Assembly: GCA_043228905.1 (NCBI GenBank)
Contig: JBHGNT010000009.1
Location: forward strand, 19,034,001 to 19,098,000
Origin: Azolla caroliniana
Lineage: Eukaryota; Plantae; Polypodiophyta
DNA length: 64,000 bases
Direction: 5' to 3'
A program made the translations under genes and the position numbers. The notes under the pieces are model-generated. The model saw only the letters and a list, made by a program, of their open reading frames with translations, did not search any database and was not told the DNA's origin. Of the stretch, positions 34,020-49,327 are shown in pieces. Every line of letters starts with the position of its first letter. Position 1 is the first letter of the stretch.

Positions 34020-37000
34020 GTTTGAACCAAATTTCGCTATCTTCTTACTCCTCCCTTCCTTCATACTAATCCGTTTATCCCTCCTTTCTCCAATACTATG
34101 GCAACTGTTAGCGCTCAAGAATATCAATCTGTTTTCTTAGAGTTGCAATGCTTGAAATTAAAGTTTCTCACATTGGAACAAGAAAATCAACGAGTGTTGG
34201 GGATTCTTCAACAAATCTCTTTAGAAAAGCAGTAAACGCAACAACATGGAGAGCTACCATTACGCGTGCAACAACTTGAAGCAACCATTGTAATGTTGCA
34301 ACAACAAGGACCAAGTACTCAAGGGATTCGTAAAGAACTCAACATCGGCCTTCCTATGAAATTCGATGGAACGCGATCACAGTTCAGAGGATTCTTTAAT
34401 CAGGTACGATTAGTCATTCAAATGCATCCTTCCCGATATCCCAGCGATGCATCACAAGTGGGTTTAGTAGGCACATTGCTAAGCGGCTCATCTTTGGCAT
34501 GGTTCACTCCGTTGTTAGAAAAGGAATATCCATTACTAAATAATTTTAAAGAGTTTATAAATGCATTTAAAGCCTATTTTGGAGATACTGATAGCATAAG
34601 GATGGCAATCAACAAAATCCAACGATTACGTCAAGGTGATCGTCCAACCTACGCTTACGCTGCAAATTTCCATCTACTCGCCTTTGATATACCCTGGGAT
34701 GATCAAGCATTGATGGAGAAATTTAGATAAGGCCTACGAAATGATGTGAAAGACTTACTCCTGACTTTCCCTAAAGAACCAAAATCGCTCACAGAGGCAA
34801 TCGGTCGAGCGGTACAATGTGATAACCAGATTTTCGAACGACGTTTGGAATGCCAGTTACAAATGCCAAGGACCAAGTCGGAGCCCAGATATGCCTCGGT
34901 CACAGCAAAACCATTTGCACGAGAGTCATACAATGCATCTCTGGAAAATATTCCAACACCAATGGAAATCGACACTACATGCCATCGTGGACCACTGTCG
35001 GAAGAAGAAAAGCAACGACGCCGAGCAAATCGATTATGTCTTTATTGTAGAGGACCAGGGCATATCGCAGTAAATTGTCCACATAGGCCAAGAAGACAGG
35101 TAAATCAAATACTAGCTTGTACTAAACCCGAGTCTATTGCATTAGGAGTTTCTGATAGTCCTAATAGTACTAATAGTCAAGTCTATTGAACAAATTTGAA
35201 GTCTTTAGTCAATTAGACGAAGACTTAAATGACTAAGTCCATCCAAAATAGGAGTTTTTTGGTTGGACAACCCTAGATCTGTGCAGCCCCTTACTGGTTC
35301 CATTCTCTCTAAACAAGTTAGCAACGTGTTTGTAGCTCAAGTAACAATTAGTATCAAAAGTACCCCTTCAGTACATGTCTTAGCACTCTTAGATTCCGGA
35401 GCCAATTCTTACTTCATGGATAGGAATTTTGCCCAAGCTCATCAGATATCCCTAAGAAAACTTTCTTGCCCAACATTTGTAGTAGTCATTGATGGTCATC
35501 CCATTGCTTCCGGAAATATCGTAGAAGAGTCAGAGCCAATTCAGGTCATCCTAGATAATTTGGTGTGTGCAATATCATTTATTATAATTAGTAGTCCAGA
35601 GCATCCAATTATCTTGGGGTTACCATGGTTCGAATTACATAACCCAGACATAGATTGGAGAACAAGAGAAATCCGGTATCGACAAACCCGAAGATCTACT
35701 CATAGAATTTCAACCATTTCACTACATCAATTGCGTGATGAAGGACGCAAGGAATCAAGGTTTGTCTTTGTAGTATCAGTAAAACCTTCCAACACCACTA
35801 AAGTGGAATCCATAGTTCAACTTCCAGATAAGTATCATCATTATGCCTACGTGTTTGATAAGGTACAAGACGGTACTCTTCCTCACCATCGACCAGGCTA
35901 TGATTGTCCCATTAATTTACAACCAAGAAAATAGCTACCATGGGAACCGATCTACAACTTGTCACCAATCGAGCTAGAAGTCCTTCGAGCCTACATAAAG
36001 GAGAAGTTGGTAAACGAGTTCATTCGACATTCGAAATCTCCAGCTGGCGCACCCATTTTCTTTGTCAAGAAAAAGGATGGATCGCTTCATCTCGTCATGG
36101 ATTACCATCGCTTGAATAAGGTCACCATCAAGAATAGATATGGACTTCCCCTTATCTCAAGTCTTTTAGAACGGATTAATGGTGCTAAGTTCTTCACAAA
36201 GATCGACTTACGAGGAGCATATAACCTCGTACGGATACGACCGAGAGATGAATTGAAGACCGCGTTTCGCACCCAATATGGGCACTTCGAGTATACGGTT
36301 ATGCCATTCGGTCTCACCAATGCGCCAACAGTCTTCCAGCACATGGCAATGGTATCTTCGGAGATCTCTTGAATATTTGTTTGATCATCTATTTGGATGA
36401 TCTACAAGTTTATTCAAAGACTCAAGAAGAGCATGATTCTCATGTACTATTAGTACTAAAACGACTTCGAGAACATGGTCTTTATGCAAAACTGGAAAAA
36501 TGTAGTTTTGAGTGCAAGTAGGTGGAATTTCTAGGCTATGTCATCTCCTCGGAAGGCATCTATGGATCCAACCAAGGTCAAAATTGTGGTAGAGTGGTAG
36601 ACTCCACGTTCGTTGTGAGATGTGCAATGTTTTTAGGCTTCGCAAGTTTATACATGATTACTCAAAGCTTATTTTGCCTCTCACACTGCTTACCAAGAAG
36701 GGGTAGTCGTTTGTTTGGTCGAAGGAAGCAGACACGGCTTTTGTGAGTCTTAAGAAAGCATTTGCATCAACTCTTATTCTAGCTCATGTTAATCCGAAAA
36801 AACCGTTCATCATCGAGGCAAACGCGTCAAATTTCGCCCTCAGTAGCATTCTGTCACAACAAGGCAATGATGAAAGGCTACATCTTGTGGCTTTCCACTC
36901 ACGCAAGTTTGACGCCGCCGAAATCAACTATGAAATACATGACAAGGAGCTATTAGCAATAGTGGACTCTTTTACACAATTGAGGCATTTTTTAGAGGAA

Positions 37001-38470
37001 TCTTCTCATCAAGTCATTGTATTCAGTGATCACAAAAATCTTGCCTACTTCCAGAATGCTCGTGTATTAAATCGACGTCAAGTTCGGTGGGCCCAATTCC
37101 TCACTCGTTTCAACTTCAAAATTACATATCATCCTAGGAAGCATCAAGGGAAGGCAGATGCGTTATCGTGGCGCTCATATCTAGCACCTCGTCCCGGTGA
37201 TCCAGCGTTCGATAATCAAAAGCAAGTAATCATGGGACCAGAACAACTGCAAGCAACGTGGGTTTTCGACACGCCATTGGATTCCCACATATCAATACCA
37301 TACGTGAAGACCTGAAGACAAACGCTTTCGCTCAAGCCATCCTAGCACAAATTGATCCCTCTCGGGCATCTTGTTGAAAGTCGCAACAACCAGGTACAGG
37401 CTATTGACAATTCAAATGTCATGATGGATTACTATTCTTTAAGAAATTGTTGTATGTTCCTAATGGTTCTTGTCACCTTCGAGTAGTCCAAAATTGTCAT
37501 GACGCATATACAGTTGGGCATTTTGGTAGTATTAAAACGTTGGATTTAGTACAACGATCATTCTAGTGGCCTCATATGCAACGATTTGTCAAAGACTATG
37601 TTCAGACATGTGATACGTGTTGCAGAGAAAAGATGCCAAGACATCATCCATATGGTTTATTGGAACCATTACCAATTCCAATCAAGCCGAGGCAATCCAT
37701 TTCTCTAGATTTCATCACAGATCTTCCAGTTTCAAAGGGGTTCGATGGTAGATCGATATACTAAGATGGCACATTTCCTAACTTGTTCTAAGGAAATCAC
37801 TAGTGAAGAAGTGGCCAAAATTGTCATGTGTGAGGTATTTCGGCATCATGGCCTCCTAGATAGTATCATCAGCGACCGTGGACCTCAATTCGTCTCGAAA
37901 TTCTAGAAGCATCTCTTCAAAATGCGGAAGGTCACTTGTAACCTCACCTCCAGCTATCACCCTCAAACAGACGGACAAGTAGAACAAACAAATCAAACAC
38001 TTGAACAAATCAACCTTCGATGTTTTCTAAGCTATCAACAAGATGATTGGGCAAATATTCTCCACTTTGCCGAATTTGTGTATAATAACTCTATCCCCTC
38101 ATCGACTAGGGTTACACCATTTTATGCTTATACAAGCTATCATCCTCGATGGTGTGTATTCGAAACTCTGGAGTTACCCACAAATCCTCGTGCAGAGGAT
38201 CATTGGAGCGGCTACACAAGATACAGGCAGACCTATCTACTCATTTACATCAACCTCAACAAACACTGAAGAATTATGCGGATCGTCATCAGCTTCCGTC
38301 CAGTTTTAACATTGGAGATCGGGTATGGTTATTACAACGACACATCAAGACTACTCGTCCATGTGAAAAATTGGATTGTCGACGATTAGGTCCTTTCCGT
38401 ATTACCAAAAAAAAATAATGATCTCACTTTCCGTCTCGAGCTACCTTTGCAACTACGAGTACATCTGGTA

Positions 38471-38720
38471 ATGGGTTGGAGGCCTACCATTAAGCTATAT
38501 GTTGTAATACAAATAATATTGTTTTCATTTATTATTTCACTATAGAAAATGATGTATATTCCAGATTTCTCTGGAACATTCTAGAACTTTAGGAGTGCTC
38601 CTGACAACACTATAAAAAGAGGCACAAGGCATTATTTCGAACCAATTCAGTTCAACGCCAATCTTAAGCCTCCTAACTATTCTTGTATATTCTCTTCATA
38701 TAATATATCATTTGTTATCA

Positions 38721-38785
<65 letters not shown>

Positions 38786-38788
38786 CTC

Positions 38789-38835
<47 letters not shown>

Positions 38836-38884
38836 CTATCTCTATATCTCGATCTCTCTCTCTCTCTTAGTACTATTCCTGAAA
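38471..38884 (+). repeat. 3' LTR of element K (U3 start deleted; expanded CT/CTAT tract)
   Basis: Aligns to 33673-34019 with many substitutions; ends ...TTCCTGAAA. Confidence 0.88.
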
Positions 38885-41800
38885 ATAGCTATGGCCATTT
38901 TACCAGCTAATTAGCTATAATAGTGTTTCCACTCGCATGCTTTTACCACTATTTATCATTCAATGTTGAGTTATGAATAAAATTGTACAAAATATCAACT
39001 ATATTGGGCTTGAAGTTCCTTCAAATCTTAAATGGAATGAGTATGGTAACCTCTATTTAGAAGCACAAAAGAGGGGTTACTATATATTAGAGAACATGGT
39101 GGAGAAATTAAATGTTAAGTTTCTAAGAAATACCTCTTTGAGACATGATGCTTCTCTATGGGGTTGAAGCATGGAGCGATATCATCCCTAAGTGTAGTTA
39201 TGAAGTTTATTCAACTCACCCCAGGAATGCCATGTATTGTGCTTTTATATTTTAACTCTAGATCATGGCCATAGACTCTAAGTGAAGGTTAAAAAACTCT
39301 CAACATTGATTTCTTATATTACAATAGATGCAAGTAAAAAGATTAAAAATACATATAAAGTAGAATTTGGGCTCTCAACGTATACAATATATGTAGAAAT
39401 CATAAATTTGTTTTATATGTGTCAATAGATTCCTTCATGAATGAGGTTTTGCATTGCCAATCCATTACAACTTCGGAAAAATGTTGGCACTCCCTTACAT
39501 TATATTAGATATGTTGTCCCAAACTATAAAACCGTCCTCTTTTGATGGAAAATCACATTGGTACATACTAGAGCCCATCCCTTTTTCCACCATTTGCACC
39601 ATTCACTTTCTCTTGATGTGAGACAGGGTGTTGGGATACAATGAGGAGACTCATAGACTATGCATATTGTTTCATAACAAGTCAGAGTTAGAGTATCACA
39701 CTTTCATACAATGTGTTGCAGTAGAGTTTACTTTCCACACATTTTAAATTTGGTGCGCTTCTTACACATATTCCTATCACAATCACAACGCACGTTCTCA
39801 ATTGCAACATTTATCAATATATTCTCGAACATTAAGATCTACCACTCAATTGATGCCTACTATATAAAATGATTAAGTTCTAGTCCTATAGGTCATGTTT
39901 GACCTCTGTGGATGATAATAAAATTTATCTATCTATCACCTTAGAGGATGTTAATATATCATCAATCATCTTTGTCAAATGAAGCTAGGACTTATCACAT
40001 AGATTGTATTCTGGTATGTCATACATTTATTTATTTGGCTATCTTTAATCTCATTGTCTATAATTGACACCATGTGCACCATTGTTTTCATTTTGTCTTG
40101 CTTACACTCTCTTTGATGTGAGGTGGTGGGGCACTAACAAGCAATGTTATCAACTATGCATATTATACCCAACACTAGGCTACAAATGTATCACACTACT
40201 CAAGATCAATATTATTTTGAACATTATATCTTGTTTTCCTCACATTTTTAACCATTCTCAAACTTTCTCTCCCAAACACATTGTGAACTCTAAATTGTAA
40301 TGCTACTTGTAAAATCTGAAGCAAATATCATCTCCTCTTATCATACTACATGAAATATTTTTGCTCCCATTGCATCATATTTAACCTCAAGAGGATTGTT
40401 TACCCTCTCCCTCTCTACCCATGCAATAAAAAACTAATCAGAGCAAAAAATGGTCTTTTTTCATTCAATGGTTTCAATTGTCTAGAGTGGCACATCCCAA
40501 AGTGGAATTCTTTGTTTTAAGTCTACCTAATGCGAGCATATCTTCTAAAAGGGAAGTACTGCCATTGGATAAGTACATTTCTATAATTTGTCACAAATGT
40601 AATTTAGACCTATGAGTGTTCTAAGAAATAGTCAAGGTACATGTATTTAGATGTCCTATGATATATAGCTTACAGCAAGTCCATAACGTGTGCAAATATT
40701 TTTAAATTTATTGTGACTTATTGCCCCTATTTGGAAAGATTGGTGTTAGAAAAGTTATGATATGAAGACAATATAGTCACTAGACTTGAATAAATGAAAC
40801 ATGAGCTTATCATCCTTTAAACCCATTAACATCATACATGAGGTACAGGAGGCTGGATTGAAGTGCATGTTAAACATATAAAAGACTTAGAACGATGCAA
40901 TGAATTTGCGACTATTAAGACCAAACCAACATTGTAGGTCTCTTTCTCTCCTTATACTTGTCTCTATTAAAACTTTTAAGTTTCTCAATTTATTATTTGC
41001 ATGCATTAAAATTTTCATACTGAAACAAAATAAAGAATTTGATATTTTGTGAGATGAAAGCATTGTAAAAAGCCATAAGGTAAAACAATGACACTAGAAC
41101 AACAATAGCCTTCATGGTGTAGTTCTCAAATTGTTATATGTTTCAAAAAATAAATAAGACCTTGAACTAATAATTAATGTTGCTTTTGTATATCAACGGA
41201 TAAACATGTGTATGGCACACATAACCATTACATAGAATGTGAGGTGGTGAACAAAGTATGTACATATCATTCTACAAAGAAAAGAAAGTTGAGAATGCAT
41301 ACATAATATGATGTGTTGTGTCATTGGAACAAGCTGATAATTGTATTGCCATTTTTCGTCAAGTAGATTCACATGACAACATCAATTTGGATGAACTCTT
41401 ACAACTTAAAAGAAAAACAACATCCAAGTCGTTTTTTGCTTGACAAGGAAGAATTTTTTGATGTCAAATGTCCAATATTGTGCATAGAAAGGGTAAAGTC
41501 ACTTTAACCAAAGTTTTATGTCTTTTTAGAAAAGTTACTGTAGTAGCAACAGATAAACTTCACTATCAAGTGCAACAATAATATATGCAAGCCGTAATTC
41601 TCATAGGACCTTATGAAAATAGTTTGGGGTGTCCATATTGCATTGTGTATTGTATTCATCCTTCGCACCCCCAAACCCCCAACTCTTCAAGCATGGCATG
41701 TTTCCCTACAATGTTTTTGAAGAAGATAGTAAGCTTGGCATGCAAATTATGTTTGTGATTGTAGAATTATATTTGTTGGATCTCTTGTATGAGCTCGAAG

Positions 41801-43470
41801 CATAACATGCATGAATGGCATGTCATGGCTTTAAACTTATGCATGAATCATTTTTCATTATTGACAATATTCATGGGAAATGTCTAATTAAGGTAGTCAA
41901 ATAGTATGAAACTCAAGTGCAATGACCTTCTCGATTTGTGCAAGCTTCTTATGAGCGTGATAATACACCAAAAATTCCCATGTGCATATTAGGATAAACG
42001 TTGCCTTCAAAGCACACTACAATCACTTAGTGAAATGGGTTGATGCCAAGGAGGGGAGAAATGGATGAAGCAAGTGGATCCGGCCAACAATGCTTGCCTT
42101 TTTCTGTTATTACTACTACATAGTAAACATAGCGCACACATATACCTTGAGTTTTATAGGAATATTGTCCTAGGTGCTTGAAATGCTGAACAACTATTTT
42201 TCCTATACATATATTCCTTTCCACCCTTGGAACTTGTTCCTGCTTCGTCATTAGTACATCTTTACTAGGCATCTTGAGCATCGATCGCAATTATGTGAGT
42301 GATTTCATATTGGTCTAATCTTGACTATTATTGAAGTGTGGACACCTCTTTGTGCATGTCTAGGTATTTGTAATTTTTAGGGGGAACTAAACCTAAGGTC
42401 AAAACCTTATAAAATGTTGAGAGCAATGATTTGGTTAACGAGCCGAGGAGATGATATAATAGCAAGCCATCATGCCACGTTTAGCTTATTTATAACTCTT
42501 GATATTCTTTGAAGGGGGGTGCATGTGTTTCAGCTAGGATGAGGTTGATTTAGTGATTTAAATGTCAAGTAGGAACGAGTGGTAAGGCATAAGAAATCGA
42601 GCCCAATGTCTGACGGAAGCATCAAAGATGGATCTAGTGGTGTATGTTGAAGGGTGATTTACTTAATTCTACAAGATGCCACGATGTGTAGGAATTACAT
42701 GTGAGGGGTATAAGGGAGGAGGAGGTGCGCAATTAAAATAGATATCGCATTTGAGTGAGGCACGTTCGAGATTTGCGGAAGTTGGTGTACAAAAATCTCG
42801 AGTACTTAATTCTTTATTGAGTTAATGCGCTCTCTCACTTGTTAATCATGTGCTCTCACTCACTATTGGCATCTCTCCCTAGTAGTGTCATGTGGGGGGC
42901 TCTCATTCACTCTCTAAGTGTCCAATAGTTATTTCATCTCTCAATCTCTCTCTTACCTCGTAATGCGTAATCCAGAATGGGGCTTGAGTGGGCGATGGCG
43001 GTGCTCACGAAAGTCATCCGTATAGTATAACTATTTCTCTTTTACGGGTCTTAAACAATCCGAAATACGAGTTATTCCAAAAGGTTTTTCCCTTTAGTGA
43101 AGCTAGGATATCACATTATAATATATATATACTCTCCTCGAGAGGTGGTACTGTGGCGTTAGATATTATAAACATTTTGGTTTCTTTTCTAAGCTATTAA
43201 AGTAGCAAAGGCTTGTGGTGGTATATAGTGATTGGCATTTTTGGCACGGGGTTAGACAATGGAGCAATGCAACGCAAAGCGAAAAGGTAACGTCTAATGG
43301 GGTGGATTAATATGGATGAAGTGTGTCCGAGCAAATGCGAAACCTAATAGGGGAAGAACGATGGTGTAGAAAATGTGAGCGATTTAGGGGCGGGGCGACC
43401 GGTCGATGTGAAAGGGGAAGGGTCTCTCGCTTGATGGATTGATAGATGGATGAATGTGAAAGCAAATTCG

Positions 43471-43473
<3 letters not shown>

Positions 43474-43508
<35 letters not shown>

Positions 43509-43528
43509 ATGTCTCTTTCATACTCACG

Positions 43529-43572
<44 letters not shown>
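43474..43572. repeat. (CT)n tracts in the probable promoter/5' UTR of the Dof gene
   Basis: Two CT runs 400-500 bp upstream of the ATG. Confidence 0.8.
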
Positions 43573-43573
<1 letters not shown>

Positions 43574-43971
43574 AACCTCATAATTAAATCTCGCTCTCTT
43601 TTTCTCCTCACGAGCTATCCGGTCCCTACAACCACCCCCCCCTCTCTCCCTTCATTATATCATAGTGGTCATTTCCACATATCCTAAGTTTGGAGGGCAA
43701 ATACTTCAGCTAATTATATAATGCATTGCTAATTAACATACATACATATATGTATGTGTGTAAAACAAGAAGGCAATGAATCATAGAAATACATTGGATT
43801 GGTATTGTGTATCTATTATGTACATGTACATGTAGGTGTATTGTTGTAAATGTATTGTATGTCAATGTATGTATACATGTACACCAATTGTCTTTGCTAA
43901 ATTAGCTTAGTTGTACTCCAAAATTATACATACACATATATAGAATAAATTCATACACGCATCAATAGGCA

Positions 43972-45642
43972 ATGCCACAAGATCCCATCATTTCCCACTT
44001 AATCTCTAAGGACAAATTTGGAGTGCTCCTAGATAAGGAAGAAGGTGGAGGAAGAGGAGGAGGATCAATGCCCAAGTTGTCGTCGGCCTCGGGCTCTTCT
44101 TCGATGCCGTCTCACCATCACATTCCGTCACCCGTCAAGACATCGGCAAACAACACCAATAATAACAACAATTCTGAGGTCCAACAACAACAACAGCAAC
44201 AAGTGTCAGTAGTGAAGTGCCCGCGGTGCGACTCGAGCAACACCAAGTTTTGCTACTACAACAACTACAGCCTAACGCAGCCGCGGCATTTCTGCAAGAA
44301 CTGCCGGCGCTACTGGACCCAGGGCGGCTCGCTCCGCAATGTCCCCGTCGGAGGCGGCTGCCGGAAGAACAAGCGTATCAAGCAACGGACTACGAGTACT
44401 ACTACTACCATTGCCAATGTCCTCGACCCCATGGGATCCGGACACTTGTTCTCCGTCCCGGGATTGGCGGACAACATGAGCCACAACCACCATAGCTTGT
44501 TGATGGATGGCATGAACCCGAGCGTGGGCATGGGCACGAGCATGCCATTGTTGTTCGGTGCCGGCACGGCCAGACACCTCCTCCTCCCGCCCGTAGGCAT
44601 TGGACCGTTCGGCCCTCCTCAAGTCTCGTTCCCCGTGGGCAGCCGACACCATGACCATGACCATCACCAACACCTCCACCTCCACCACCACCAACACAAC
44701 AACAACACCAACAACACCAACATTAACCTAGTCAATAACAATGTATTAATGCCATCACAAGCACAAGCCACATTCGCCAATAATGAGAGCCACCAGCTGC
44801 TTAGCATGGCCTTCGCGCGGTTGCAAGAATCTCTACGCCTCGGAGGCGGATCCGGAGAGAATATCCGGCCGCCCAATCATGCGGATTCTTCTTCCTCCTT
44901 ACTCTATAACCCTAGTAACAAAAACCCTAACAATGCATCTACTTCTACTACCCCTACTAATACTACTACTACTACTACTACTAATACTACTAAATCTGAG
45001 ACCATTCCTGGTCATGTATTTGTGGCCGGATCAGACCGTGGAATGGCTAGCTCCATCTTCGATCCTTCGAATGCTTCGTTAAGCGGTAGCTTCCACCAAT
45101 TAAGTGTCCCCCCCGGATCCGCCACCGCTACCCTCGCCTCGCTACAAGACCAAATCACTAGCTTCACCAACAATCACCATCACCATCACAATCATCAAAT
45201 TAGTGGTAATGCTGCTAATCTTAGCAGCAATAATTTCATTAACCAGCTTGATCATCATCATCATCATAATCAGGATCATGCTCATGACCATGATCATGAT
45301 GCTCATGATGAGGCTCCCCACCATCTCAAATTGCAACACAGCAGCAGCATGATGAACCATCATCACAACAGTGAATCACAGGAAGCAGCAGCAGCAGGAG
45401 CAGCACAGAATTATATGGGTACCACTTCTCTGCATATTATGAGCAATAGCAACACTCATAACATGAATCATGGAAGTGGTAATGGTGGAGATGGAGGAGA
45501 AATTGGTATGAATCATCACCATCAAAATCAAGGTAGCTTCTGGAGCCATGCCCCATGGAATATCACATCCAACACTGTAACCACTTCTAGTTCTGCAAAT
45601 GACCATCATCATCTGCTTCACTCTAGCCTCACTAGCTCATGA
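43972..45642 (+). CDS. DOF: Dof (DNA-binding with one finger) zinc-finger transcription factor, 556 aa
   Basis: Complete Dof domain [50 protein letters not shown] (about 44218-44367); long uninterrupted ORF with His/Asn/Gln/Thr-rich regions; AG just before the ATG may mark an upstream intron. Confidence 0.96.
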   Translation: MPQDPIISHLISKDKFGVLLDKEEGGGRGGGSMPKLSSASGSSSMPSHHHIPSPVKTSANNTNNNNNSEVQQQQQQQVSVVKCPRCDSSNTKFCYYNNYSLTQPRHFCKNCRRYWTQGGSLRNVPVGGGCRKNKRIKQRTTSTTTTIANVLDPMGSGHLFSVPGLADNMSHNHHSLLMDGMNPSVGMGTSMPLLFGAGTARHLLLPPVGIGPFGPPQVSFPVGSRHHDHDHHQHLHLHHHQHNNNTNNTNINLVNNNVLMPSQAQATFANNESHQLLSMAFARLQESLRLGGGSGENIRPPNHADSSSSLLYNPSNKNPNNASTSTTPTNTTTTTTTNTTKSETIPGHVFVAGSDRGMASSIFDPSNASLSGSFHQLSVPPGSATATLASLQDQITSFTNNHHHHHNHQISGNAANLSSNNFINQLDHHHHHNQDHAHDHDHDAHDEAPHHLKLQHSSSMMNHHHNSESQEAAAAGAAQNYMGTTSLHIMSNSNTHNMNHGSGNGGDGGEIGMNHHHQNQGSFWSHAPWNITSNTVTTSSSANDHHHLLHSSLTSS

Positions 45643-48600
45643 TCCAAGCAGATTACTGAGAAAACAGAAGCTCCCCCCCCCCCCCCTCCAACAGAAAATC
45701 AACTTCATTCATAATTTCACTCATCCAGTACTAATCATGATTCATCATTTCACATCACCATACATTATTGGTTTTAGTATTGATTCTCCAGACCTGCTCA
45801 TTATCTAAATCCAATCATATGAGTTTACAATTTGATTCTAGCAAACCTATTATTATAGCAAATGTAATATCCCCTTTATCAAACCATGTCATCGAACAAA
45901 GGATAAAATTTGGCGCCGCCATCGATCTGTCCAACTACATTCGTGGATTAAGTGGCTTCCTAGAGGTTTTCTTTTCTTTTCCCCCCTTTTTCTTATATAG
46001 TGAATCCAATAACCTAATCGTGATCCTCTTAATCTTTCTTCCCTTTTCCTGTTAATTCCACTAGTAATTATCCACCATTCGTTTAGTAATTGGCAAAAGA
46101 ATAAGTTGAGGAATCTCCCAGGTTTGTTTAAATTGCTAATTACTCCTTGACAACAATTGATCATTAAGAACTCGCACATAATTAATTCCTTCACATTATA
46201 TTGTTTATTTTCATCATTATATTGTTTATTTCCAAAAATAATAATTTAAATGTTAATTATGTATGTCCTCACACCATTAACAATTCCTTCACAATTTTTT
46301 ATTTATTTTAGTTTCCATTAATTAGACTCCGATATTCAGCTAGGATTAGTTATAGATAATAATAATAATAATAATAATAAAAGAGTGCGTGAGATGCAAT
46401 TAACAACTAAATAAATAAGGGCATATAATAATTGTTGGTTATTATTTTTTATAATTTATGAATAGAGTCTGAATAAAGGAACATATAATAAAATAAATAA
46501 AAATGTTTTTAATCTATGTCTGTTTTAATTAATCAAATAAACTATATTAAGGAGTATGCAAATGAAAGAGTTTGGATCTAGAACATAATTTAGTAATATT
46601 TTTGGGGTTTTTTTTCTGCGTTTTTTTTTATTGGTTACTAGTACGCATGAGTCATAGACTATAGTCCATCACATAAGGTTTGTTGTTATGTTATGTAGGA
46701 TCCAATCTTGTTAAAGCTCCAACAATTCACAAAACCAATATAGTGTCAATAGTGTGACACTCAACGAGACATTTCATCGAGCCTTGTTTTTAACCTTTGA
46801 GATTTGATCATTGTTCCTAAAGTGCAGTGGACGCCGTCCTAGGGGTAAAGCCGAGCCAGACCGGCCATAAGGTCCTGTCACACTTAACCTCATATTGATA
46901 TTAGTGAAAAGCTAGACATATCACAAATCCAAGTTCTTGTTTTTCTATGATTCGCTCGAAAACTTCCATCAATTGTAAGTTGTAACTATTAAAGGGCAGA
47001 AACTTAAGGCCATAAGATCCTTGAATCAAGATTAGTCTCATGGTCAAATGTATTGAGCACAATATCACCAAGTTAATGAAGGCTTAGTCCGTAAAACAAC
47101 ACACTCACACAATGTCTACCCCATTGGCTTGAATTGTGGATGCCTCTTCACCATATAGGCTATCAACATCGTAGTTAATCCTTTCTGTGTATTTATTGAA
47201 CTCGAACCAGTTACACACTTTCTGACCATCTTCACGTGACTTGGAATGACCTAGCTTTATACAAGATGTCCCCAAACATAGTTATAGCTTCACACATGAG
47301 ATGATGATCTAGGATTCTAGAAGCATCAAATTAGCAACACATAGCTCAAGGTAGTGTTGACTATATGAGGATTCGCTCGTAACGTTTCTAACTACTTGTG
47401 GGTTGAGCATAACTTTTATTGTTAATGCCCATCGTACCAAGCAAAAATTCCAATCACTAATATCAACACTCATGTGACATGTGATATTAATAGTCGACAC
47501 TACATCGTATATGAAAGTAGCGGTGTTAATATATTGCAGGGTTGTCATTGTATGAAATCTAGGCTTGGTCGAAAAGGGCATGTCGAGACAAGAACTTGGA
47601 TTGGTAGCTTAGGATCATTTGGGTGTAGTTTCTATTATTCCAAGGGTATGGATTGACCAAAATAATTCTATGGTAGAGATACACAAGTGTGCCAAGTGGG
47701 ATCAAACACATGCCCAATGTGTTCTGAGGCAAATGAATACAACAACTAGGATTAGAACTAGTTACACCCAACTAATTTAGTAGAATATTGTACCCAACCA
47801 ATTATAATATGGATAAGGATATAATTCAATTCAAGGAAGGTTAATGCTTGTTTGCCGACATTTGTAACTTTCCAAACTATAATTAGGAAAACACTATTAT
47901 GCATGGAGGCGTCAAGACACTATAAGGAAATTGAGATACATATGGCATGCTACATGGCTCACTTCTTCATCCACAATGGTTACAACATTCAATGAGACTA
48001 ATTATGATCATGATTAGAATGGTGTATGTTGTATTTGGTGACAGTACTTAGCAAATACGAGATGTAGCTCTCTAACTTTTTGTAATTTATCATCAATATG
48101 CTAGGAGATATTGAAGTGAAGCAAAGATACTAACGAAGGAAGCGATACACAAGACCAGACACACACTTGGAAATGATCGTTAAAAGAGTCTTAAACAAGC
48201 TTATATATATCATTTCATGAGATGCCCAATAAATGGAGCTTGTCAACACATAGGACATGTGTAATTAAATCCAAAATAATTGGATCATTCCCTAGTCTTG
48301 TGTTTATTAAATGTGATGCAGTGGAGTACTAGTTAACAACAAATGAGGTTATAGATCAGATCATTTGAATGTAACAGTTGTAGCATTGTATCATTTAGTG
48401 ATATTTGAGGACATGCACACTATGGTAGCATACTCTAAAGAATCATATCCTAGTACATAGCTTGGTAAACACACGTTACAAAAATAGTCCATACAAAAAC
48501 ATATTGCAATCACTTTTTCAGATGCAATCTTATAATTGTATCAAATTCTATGTGTTTGTATCCACCGCGAAGGTTTAAAATAGAAATTCTTGATAAGAAA

Positions 48601-48852
48601 AGAGGTGGCATCATTTGAGTTAACTATTGAACATGTAATAATACACAAAATAGTTACCCGACATTCGTGCCAGATATGTAGCCAACAACACGATCCTAAT
48701 CAACTTGTATAGATTAAATACAAACAATCCCAAACTATTAAGCTAGGACAACAATCAATTTATCACATAAGTTCTTGACCAATACTTTGCTATGATTATA
48801 AAGGTTTGTTTGTAAAAATGCAACAATAGATCTAGTTTACATCTCAATAGTT

Positions 48853-49327
48853 TTTTTTATTTCCAAAAAAAAACTCCTTCCTTTAGTTATAAAATTTTAC
48901 AAATGAGATCATTATGTACAAATCCCTCTAGGGACGCGATAGTTCCATCTTATGTGAATGCCCACTGACTCAAGAAAGGGAGAGGATGACCATTGTTGGA
49001 TGAAGGCTATTCATTGTCTTTCAACTCCGTCGGAGCCGCCATTGAGGCAATCATATTGGCTCTTTAGAGTGGCTACAATTTCACTCCATATCTCTTGCAG
49101 TAACATTGTTGGATGCGCGGTTTGGTTGGAGAAGACCTGTCTACACCGTTGTTTCCATAGAATCCAGAGAGTTATTGGGCTGACCAATTCCAATACAACT
49201 TGAGATTTGTCATTAAGAGGAGTTGAGTGGACATTGCCGCTGGAGGAGAAAAATACCTCTTGTGCTTTTATCACCAAAGTCATCCGCTCCCCCTAATGCT
49301 CATATATGCCAACTGGGGTCTGCCATG
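48853..49327 (-). mobile_element. 5'-truncated LINE (L1-like) 3' end
   Basis: ITLWILWKQRCRQVF ORF2 C-terminus, A-rich tail, 16-bp TSD TTACATCTCAATAGTT at 48837-48852 and 49328-49343. Confidence 0.88.

Larger units (their letters stand above)
33615..38884 (+). mobile_element. Chromovirus (Tcn1-like) element K, old, with a 3' deletion removing the chromodomain and PPT
   Basis: Paired LTRs, gag KFDGTRSQFRGF, CLYCRGPGHIAVNC, ALLDSGA protease, RT, RNaseH, integrase; close relative of fragment I. Confidence 0.92.

Noticed and set aside
33610-38889. TSD for element K
   Set aside because: Flanks ATATT and ATAGC match only 3 of 5
39000-42400. Possible highly decayed coding remnants
   Set aside because: No motif could be read reliably without a translated search
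42820-42880. miR156/529 star-like GTGCTCTCACTC motif upstream of Dof
   Set aside because: No complementary arm or mature miRNA sequence found nearby
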